NCBI GenBank assembly: GCA_013697735.1
Contig: JACCWH010000050.1
Span: 62 to 64,061 of the forward strand
Length of the DNA: 64,000 nt
Source: Trueperaceae bacterium
Lineage (GTDB): Bacteria > Deinococcota > Deinococci > Deinococcales > Trueperaceae
Direction: 5' to 3'
The notes below the pieces were generated by a model. That model ran no database searches, was not told the DNA's origin, and saw only the letters and a list, made by a program, of their open reading frames with translations. Made by a program: the position numbers and the translations under genes. Position 1 is the first letter of the stretch; each line of letters begins with the position of its first letter. Positions 58,919 to 64,000 of the stretch are shown here, piece by piece.

Positions 58919-59244
58919 TGGCGAAACGGGAACGATCCCCCGAGGAGGAGGCCCGGTGGCTCGCGTGGACCGCCAAGATGCGCGCGTACTACGCCGAGAC
59001 GTACCCCGGCAAGGTCGAGAGCGGCCTCGACATGATCGACGAGAATAACGAGGGCGAGCTACTGATCTCTCTCGGCCACATCGTTCGGCTGATGAAGAGC
59101 GGGCGCACGTACGGCGAGGCGGTCCAGCTCTTCGGGATCCGCGGCCACCCCTACTTCGCGGAGTTCTGGGCCCCGACCCCCCTGTGGGGGGATGCGAAGT
59201 GGGCCGACGAGACACGCAAGCGCCTCGCCAAGGAACCGGAGTAG
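58918..59244 (+). CDS. hypothetical protein
   Basis: 108 aa. The ATG overlaps the upstream TGA. A 9-bp-stem hairpin follows. Confidence 0.55.
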   Translation: MAKRERSPEEEARWLAWTAKMRAYYAETYPGKVESGLDMIDENNEGELLISLGHIVRLMKSGRTYGEAVQLFGIRGHPYFAEFWAPTPLWGDAKWADETRKRLAKEPE

Positions 59245-59289
59245 CGGTACCCTTCACGGGCGTGACTCGCTCACGCTCCCTGGAACGAC

Positions 59290-59325
59290 CTACCGCCCTC
59301 GGGATACCTCGCTCGGGGGCGGTAG
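59290..59325 (+). terminator. hairpin (9-bp stem)
   Basis: CTACCGCCC ... GGGCGGTAG after the stop at 59244, directly upstream of the 59342 promoter candidate. Confidence 0.45.
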
Positions 59326-59341
59326 CTGTGCGGCAACCGCC

Positions 59342-59372
59342 TTTACAACTTCACGGTCGTCACGTATCCTCC
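59342..59372 (+). promoter_or_regulatory. late promoter candidate for the scaffold/decoration/capsid operon (TATCCTCC class)
   Basis: TTTACA 59342-59347, 17-nt spacer, TATCCTCC 59365-59372. Located in a 240-nt intergenic region just after a hairpin. Confidence 0.55.
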
Positions 59373-59483
59373 ACGCGATCCAGGCAGGGACACCCATGGC
59401 GGCGTCATGGACGGCCCCGCGTAGCGTCAACCCCAACCACGCCGGTGGCGTGCGGGCCGATGGCCCAGACCGGAGACCCAACC

Positions 59484-60176
59484 ATGACGATCAAGGTCGG
59501 CAAGCCCCCCGCAGGCCTGAAGGGCGACGAGATCGACGCGTGGTACGCCGAGGCGTACCGCGATGCGTACGAATCGGCCTCCTTCAAGCAGCGTGAAGCG
59601 AAGCGCGAAGCCGAAACGGCCTTAGAGGCCATGACGAAAGAGCGCGACGAGCTGACGAAGCGCGTCCCAGGCGACGACGCCGTCCTCCTCAAGGGCGACG
59701 ACGTGAAGCGCTGGGAGGAGCTGACCAAGCTCGACGTGGACGCCCTCAAGGCGTCGGCGTTGAAGGGCGAGAAGATCGCTCGGCAGACGTTCCTCACCGC
59801 CGTGGCTGAAGCCGAGGGCTTCAACCCCAAGACCTTCGCCGAGCTGGTCGAGCTGCGTGGCGTCAAGATCGACGCCGAGGAGAAGGACGGCGTCGTCGCC
59901 TACTCCATCGCGCTCACCCAAGACGGCAAGGAATCTCGGGTCGCCGTGCGCGAGCACTTCGAGCACGCTTTCGCGGATTGGCTTCCCGCCCTCGACGTCG
60001 CTCCCGGCGACAGTCGTCGCCCGCCCCCCACGTTCACGCCCGCAGGCGGCCGCCTCCCCACGCCCCCACGACTCAAGCCCGGGGACGTGCAAGCCGACTT
60101 CGTCGCGAAGCGCAACGCGGAGGCCGTGAAGTCGACGAACGTCGTCACACGCGCACTCACAGGAGGTAAGTCCTAA
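59484..60176 (+). CDS. scaffolding protein
   Basis: 230 aa from ATG 59484, with GGAGA 7 nt upstream. Helical, Lys/Glu/Ala/Asp-rich. Lies immediately upstream of the decoration and major capsid genes. Trimmed from track ORF 59184..60176. Confidence 0.6.
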   Translation: MTIKVGKPPAGLKGDEIDAWYAEAYRDAYESASFKQREAKREAETALEAMTKERDELTKRVPGDDAVLLKGDDVKRWEELTKLDVDALKASALKGEKIARQTFLTAVAEAEGFNPKTFAELVELRGVKIDAEEKDGVVAYSIALTQDGKESRVAVREHFEHAFADWLPALDVAPGDSRRPPPTFTPAGGRLPTPPRLKPGDVQADFVAKRNAEAVKSTNVVTRALTGGKS

Positions 60177-60178
60177 CC

Positions 60179-60568
60179 ATGCCCACGTACAACATCGGGC
60201 GACCGAAGTTCGTCGCTCACGAAGGCAGCGTGATGCTCTACGGTACCGGCGTCCAGATCGACTGGGCCACCGTCACCGCGGACGGGAACGGCGTCAAGAA
60301 GATGCTGTCCGGTACGCTGCTCCACATCGACCCCACGACGCAGCTCGCGCAAGCCGCCGACACCGGCGGTACGCCCGACGCGCCCGCCAGCGCCATCCTC
60401 GTGTCGGACGTCAGCGATACCCCCGGCCAAAATAAGGGGTTTCACGGCGCCTACGTCGGCGGCGTGTTCTACGAGAACCTCATGGCGACGCCCCCCACCG
60501 CGGGTGACAAGACGGCCCTCGGGTCGCGCTTCGTCTTCCAGGTCTACGCTGATTCGAGGCTCGACTAA
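60179..60568 (+). CDS. head decoration protein (lambda gpD-like)
   Basis: 129 aa directly upstream of the gpE-like capsid gene. The segment ...ASAILVSDVSDTPGQNKGFHGAYVGGVFYENL... parallels the gpD pattern. Confidence 0.6.
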   Translation: MPTYNIGRPKFVAHEGSVMLYGTGVQIDWATVTADGNGVKKMLSGTLLHIDPTTQLAQAADTGGTPDAPASAILVSDVSDTPGQNKGFHGAYVGGVFYENLMATPPTAGDKTALGSRFVFQVYADSRLD

Positions 60569-61680
60569 TGCGCTTCGATCTCCGGCACTACATCAACAAT
60601 CTCGACGGCGACGTGATGCACCAGCTCGCCAACGGCGTGCCCGATGGCGAAATGCTGTGGGCCACGTTCCTGCCCGAGCAAGCGCGCGACACCTACCGGA
60701 TCGACGACTCCCAGATGGTCGTCTACTCGACGATGGCTGGCATCGTCGGTCGGGACTCGCCGTACGCGCCCGGCGGGGTCGTGGTCGCGAGCGACTTCAA
60801 GGAAGACGTCGTGAAGTGGTCGATCGAGGCCGCGCTCGGCGAGAACCAGATGATCAAGCTCCAGGAGCTTGCCAGGAAGATCGACATGGGCTCGTCCTCG
60901 CCCCAAGCGATGGTCGAGACCCTCCTCAACTTCTCGGACAAGATCATCGGCCAGTCGCTCCGCGACGGTCTGGAGTACGCCCGCGGTCGCGCGATCCAGG
61001 ACGGCTCGCTCGACTGGACCTTCAACGGCAAGCGGCTCCAGGCCGACTACAACTACCCCGCCGGGCACGTGATCGCCCGCGCGGCCGACGCCGGTGGCGA
61101 CTGGGGCGGCCCCAACTCGACCTTCTGGGCCGACATCGAGCACGCTCGTCGCCTGCTCGACCGCCAAGTGCGCGTGATCGTCATGACCACGAACACCCTC
61201 AACCGGATCATGGCGAACCCGGAAAATAAGCTCCAGGTCACGGAGTTGGCTCGCTCGCGCTACACGGCCAGCTACTCCCTCAAGCAAGTTGCGCAGATCG
61301 GGTACGCGAACGTCGTGCCCGAGGACTACCGCTCGCAGGTGGAGATCGTCACCTACGACCGCAACTTCACGCTCTTCGATCCCGACTCCGCGGACGCGAT
61401 GAAGCACGTCCCGGCGATGGACGACGACCGAGTGATCATCATGGGGCAACCCACGGGCATCCGCTTCGAGGTCGGCTCCACCGAGCTGCCCGAGTACGCG
61501 TACGGCTACACGCACGTGGCGCCCACCGTCGAGGGCGGCGGCTCGTCCGGGCGCTGGATGCGCGTCTACACCCCCGAGGATCAGCCCTGGCGGCTGATCG
61601 GTCAGGGCGTCATGAACGCTCTGCCGGTGATTCGCGAAGCACGCCGGATCGTGGTCTTCAACCTCACGCCGCAGGCCTGA
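60568..61680 (+). CDS. major capsid protein (lambda gpE-like family)
   Basis: 370 aa. The C-terminal part (RVIIMGQPTGIRFEVG...RWMRVYTPEDQPWRLIGQGVMNALPVI...) parallels lambda gpE. The D-then-E gene order supports the call. Confidence 0.8.
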   Translation: MRFDLRHYINNLDGDVMHQLANGVPDGEMLWATFLPEQARDTYRIDDSQMVVYSTMAGIVGRDSPYAPGGVVVASDFKEDVVKWSIEAALGENQMIKLQELARKIDMGSSSPQAMVETLLNFSDKIIGQSLRDGLEYARGRAIQDGSLDWTFNGKRLQADYNYPAGHVIARAADAGGDWGGPNSTFWADIEHARRLLDRQVRVIVMTTNTLNRIMANPENKLQVTELARSRYTASYSLKQVAQIGYANVVPEDYRSQVEIVTYDRNFTLFDPDSADAMKHVPAMDDDRVIIMGQPTGIRFEVGSTELPEYAYGYTHVAPTVEGGGSSGRWMRVYTPEDQPWRLIGQGVMNALPVIREARRIVVFNLTPQA

Positions 61681-61718
61681 GAGTCGCAATAGCCCCCCGG
61701 GGCGGAGAGAGGTAGGGC

Positions 61719-62228
61719 ATGGCTGAAATCGTAGTGGTCGAAGCGAAGCTGGTCGCTCGGGTCGGCACCACCGCGGGGCGCTCCGTGGACGTCACGGGCG
61801 TCTTCGCGGTCGATCGCGACCGCATCGCGGCGACCCTCCGAGCCGCACCCCGCCGCATCACCGTCCTCGATCGGGGGCCCACGGACGACGAGATGGCAGC
61901 CGCGCGCTCGCGGGGACTGATCGGGGACTCGAACCCCGACGCCACCCCGAAAGAGGGCGCGGAGGCCACTCGGGCGACCGAAGATAGTGCCGCCCTCGAA
62001 GTCTCGGCCACACTCACGGCCAACGCTTCGGCAGAGGAGCCGGTGTACCTCACGGACCTGAACCGCGACGAGCTGCTCGTCACCGTCGAAGCCCTCGGGC
62101 TCCCCGCCAAAGGCAACATGCCCACCCTGATCAAGTCGATCCGGGACCTGGCGGCCGAGAAGGGCGTCGAGAGCGAGGACGTCAACGAGATCGTCGCCGG
62201 GATCCTCGCGAAGGAGTCGACTGAGTGA
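61719..62228 (+). CDS. hypothetical head-associated protein with SAP/HeH-like motif
   Basis: 169 aa. LTDLNRDELLVTVEALGLPAKGNMPTLIKSIRD resembles a SAP/Rho-N-type helix-extended-helix motif. Confidence 0.5.
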   Translation: MAEIVVVEAKLVARVGTTAGRSVDVTGVFAVDRDRIAATLRAAPRRITVLDRGPTDDEMAAARSRGLIGDSNPDATPKEGAEATRATEDSAALEVSATLTANASAEEPVYLTDLNRDELLVTVEALGLPAKGNMPTLIKSIRDLAAEKGVESEDVNEIVAGILAKESTE

Positions 62229-62665
62229 GCCTCGTCCTCGCCACGGACTTCCCCCGCTGGACCCGCTCGAAGCTGGGACTCCCCCCAGATGGGGATCTCG
62301 CCTACGAGATCGAGGTGGCGATCGACCGGGCCGTGGACCACGTCCGCGACCTGATCGGGGTGGCGGCGTACGACGCCCTCGCCCTGGACACGGTGGCGAA
62401 CACCCCCAGACGCAAGCGCCTCAAGCGCGCTCTCGTCGCCCTGATCGAAAGCCGCCTGCACGACCTAGCGGCCGAGCACGCTGGCGCACGGGTCGGCTCG
62501 ACCACGCAAGGGCGCCGATCGAAGACGTTCGGCACCGAAGCGATCACGACCTCGCGCCGCGCGAGTTCGCGCGCCTTCAGTGATTACGCTACCGAGATGT
62601 TCGCCCTCGGCCACACAGTCCGACCCGAGGCGACGTCGATCCACTACACGGTGGTGGAGCGCTGA
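62225..62665 (+). CDS. head-tail connector (gp6-like position)
   Basis: 146 aa. GTGA overlap with the upstream gene. Position after the capsid gene. Confidence 0.5.
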   Translation: MSLVLATDFPRWTRSKLGLPPDGDLAYEIEVAIDRAVDHVRDLIGVAAYDALALDTVANTPRRKRLKRALVALIESRLHDLAAEHAGARVGSTTQGRRSKTFGTEAITTSRRASSRAFSDYATEMFALGHTVRPEATSIHYTVVER

Positions 62666-62991
62666 TGGAGCTGATCGAGGAGCGACTGAAGCCTTACGTC
62701 GCCTCGCGGACCCTCTTCGGGACCATGGGACCGACGGGGCTCCAGTCGCCGCCCTCCACGACGACCCTCACCGTCAACATCGACATCCAAGAGTCGGGCG
62801 GACCCCGCTTCGAGGGCGGCACCCTCGTGCGCAACACCGGCGCCTACGTCGGCTTCAGCTACGACGCCCTCGCCATCCACGATCGCCTCCTCGCCACCCC
62901 CTACGGCGCCCTCGTCGTCGTCTCGGCGTACCTCTGGGACGACGAGGAGGGGGAACCCAACCACTACGAGATCGGCCTCGACCCGGCATGA
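62665..62991 (+). CDS. head closure/adaptor protein (positional)
   Basis: 108 aa. The ATG overlaps the upstream TGA. Confidence 0.45.
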   Translation: MELIEERLKPYVASRTLFGTMGPTGLQSPPSTTTLTVNIDIQESGGPRFEGGTLVRNTGAYVGFSYDALAIHDRLLATPYGALVVVSAYLWDDEEGEPNHYEIGLDPA

Positions 62992-63353
62992 AAGCCGACG
63001 TCTACACCTACCTCCACACCCGACTGGTGGCCGCCACCCCCGCGAGCGCCGACTACTACCCGCCCGATCGCGCGCCGGATCTCGCGACGCACCTCTCGAA
63101 CGGGCGCACGTGGGTGAAGCTCTACGCGCCCACCGAGGACGGCGACGCCGCCCCCGTGCAGCACTACTCGATCATCGTCGACGTCGGCAACATCAGCCTC
63201 GAAGCCGCCCGCAGTGTCGCGGAGGGAATCCGCGCGTCCCTCGATCACGCGCTCCGCGCTCCCAGCCCCTTCCGTCGTCAACGCATCGTCGCGCTCGACG
63301 AGGGATCCTTCCACCGCGTGCAGTTCACCTACCGACTGCAACGCGCGACATAG
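62988..63353 (+). CDS. tail completion/neck protein (positional)
   Basis: 121 aa from ATG 62988 (ATGA overlap). Trimmed from track ORF 62580..63353. Confidence 0.45.
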   Translation: MKADVYTYLHTRLVAATPASADYYPPDRAPDLATHLSNGRTWVKLYAPTEDGDAAPVQHYSIIVDVGNISLEAARSVAEGIRASLDHALRAPSPFRRQRIVALDEGSFHRVQFTYRLQRAT

Positions 63354-63363
63354 AGGAGCACCC

Positions 63364-63996
63364 ATGCCCTTCGTAGTCACAAACGCCGCCACGGCTCCCT
63401 CCGCGGATCCCGTGGCGGTCCTCGGCCTCCGGTCCTACTTCCGTGGGGATGCGAACGCCTGGCACGACTTCGGCCACGTGCGCGCCCCCCAGCGCGAGCA
63501 AGACCTCACCGAGCTGGAGATCAAGAGCGCTCGCCTGGGGCGCCTCGCCGTGATCAAGAAGGTCACGACCGAAGCCTCCCTGGAGTTCACGTTCGAGTCC
63601 ATCAGCGTCTTCGACCAGGCGACCGTCGCGCTGCACTCGGGTGGTCCCGCGGGCGATGGCGTGATCGGTGCGGGCGCCTTCTACGCCACCGAGGAGTTCC
63701 TCGGCACCCCCGGCCAGCTCCTCCTGGTGAAGCCGAACGCCGAGGCGGGCGGCATGGCGTTGATCCAGTTCTACCCGAACGTCCTCATGAAGGGCGACGG
63801 TGAGGAGGGCGCCGACGGTGAGAACGAATCCAGCCTCACCTTCCGAGTGACGATCCTCCCGGACGAGGACTACGTGGTCCCCGCTGGAATCGCCGTCGCA
63901 ACACCCGCCGCGCCCTTCGGCTTCCGGTACGCGACGCCCGCCGCGAGCGTCGACGCCGCGATCGACGCGATCTCCGATGGTGCCAACCCCGCCTGA
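63364..63996 (+). CDS. major tail protein
   Basis: 210 aa from ATG 63364, with GGAG upstream. Last gene before the chaperone and tape measure genes if the window is circular. Trimmed from track ORF 63214..63996. Confidence 0.6.
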   Translation: MPFVVTNAATAPSADPVAVLGLRSYFRGDANAWHDFGHVRAPQREQDLTELEIKSARLGRLAVIKKVTTEASLEFTFESISVFDQATVALHSGGPAGDGVIGAGAFYATEEFLGTPGQLLLVKPNAEAGGMALIQFYPNVLMKGDGEEGADGENESSLTFRVTILPDEDYVVPAGIAVATPAAPFGFRYATPAASVDAAIDAISDGANPA

Positions 63997-64000
63997 TCGG

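Overview
This very GC-rich 64-kb window reads as an essentially complete, circularly permuted tailed-phage genome of siphovirus type. I saw no host-like genes, tRNA/rRNA genes, CRISPR array, integrase or reverse transcriptase. Coding frames were chosen by G/C-rich third codon positions, protein motifs, GGAGG-type ribosome binding sites (RBS) and the pervasive ATGA/GTGA/TTGA start-stop overlaps. The many long antisense or alternate-frame ORFs in the track are GC artefacts. Layout: (1) tail module, 21-14354 (+): chaperone with a candidate -1 frameshift, an HK97-gp10-like protein, a 1906-aa tape measure, and distal tail proteins including a Kelch-type propeller. (2) A tightly overlapping minus-strand operon, 14358-18850: archaeo-eukaryotic (AEP) primase-polymerase, XRE helix-turn-helix protein, ParB-like protein, and a protein of homing-endonuclease-associated repeats. 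(3) Plus-strand replication block, 18928-22428: replisome organiser with embedded iteron-like repeats, DnaB-type helicase, VRR-NUC nuclease. (4) Accessory cluster A, 22411-26440. (5) A second structural or fibre-like block, 26515-32224, including an 834-aa protein with about 21 tandem 20-aa repeats. (6) Lysis cassette, 32794-35946: M15 peptidase, holin-like protein, M23 peptidase, two lipoproteins. (7) Small genes, then TerS/TerL/portal, 39653-43666. (8) Accessory cluster B, 44040-49308: Gam-like, LPD29-like, DEDDh exonuclease. (9) A 3090-aa MuF-fused polyvalent protein, 49362-58634. (10) Lambda-like scaffold, decoration and major capsid genes, connectors and major tail protein, 59484-63996. 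Most notable signals: nine copies of a ~62-bp promoter-plus-RBS cassette that drives all accessory genes and partly doubles as the 3' coding end of upstream genes; the giant polyvalent protein with duplicated GNAT-like modules and an HExxH site; a second promoter class built on TATCCTCC in front of structural operons, with two apparently leaderless genes; origin-like iterons inside the organiser gene; a diverged direct repeat flanking a lipoprotein gene; and a long structured leader carrying an anti-RBS sequence. All functional calls come from motif recognition by eye and synteny. No database search was possible.
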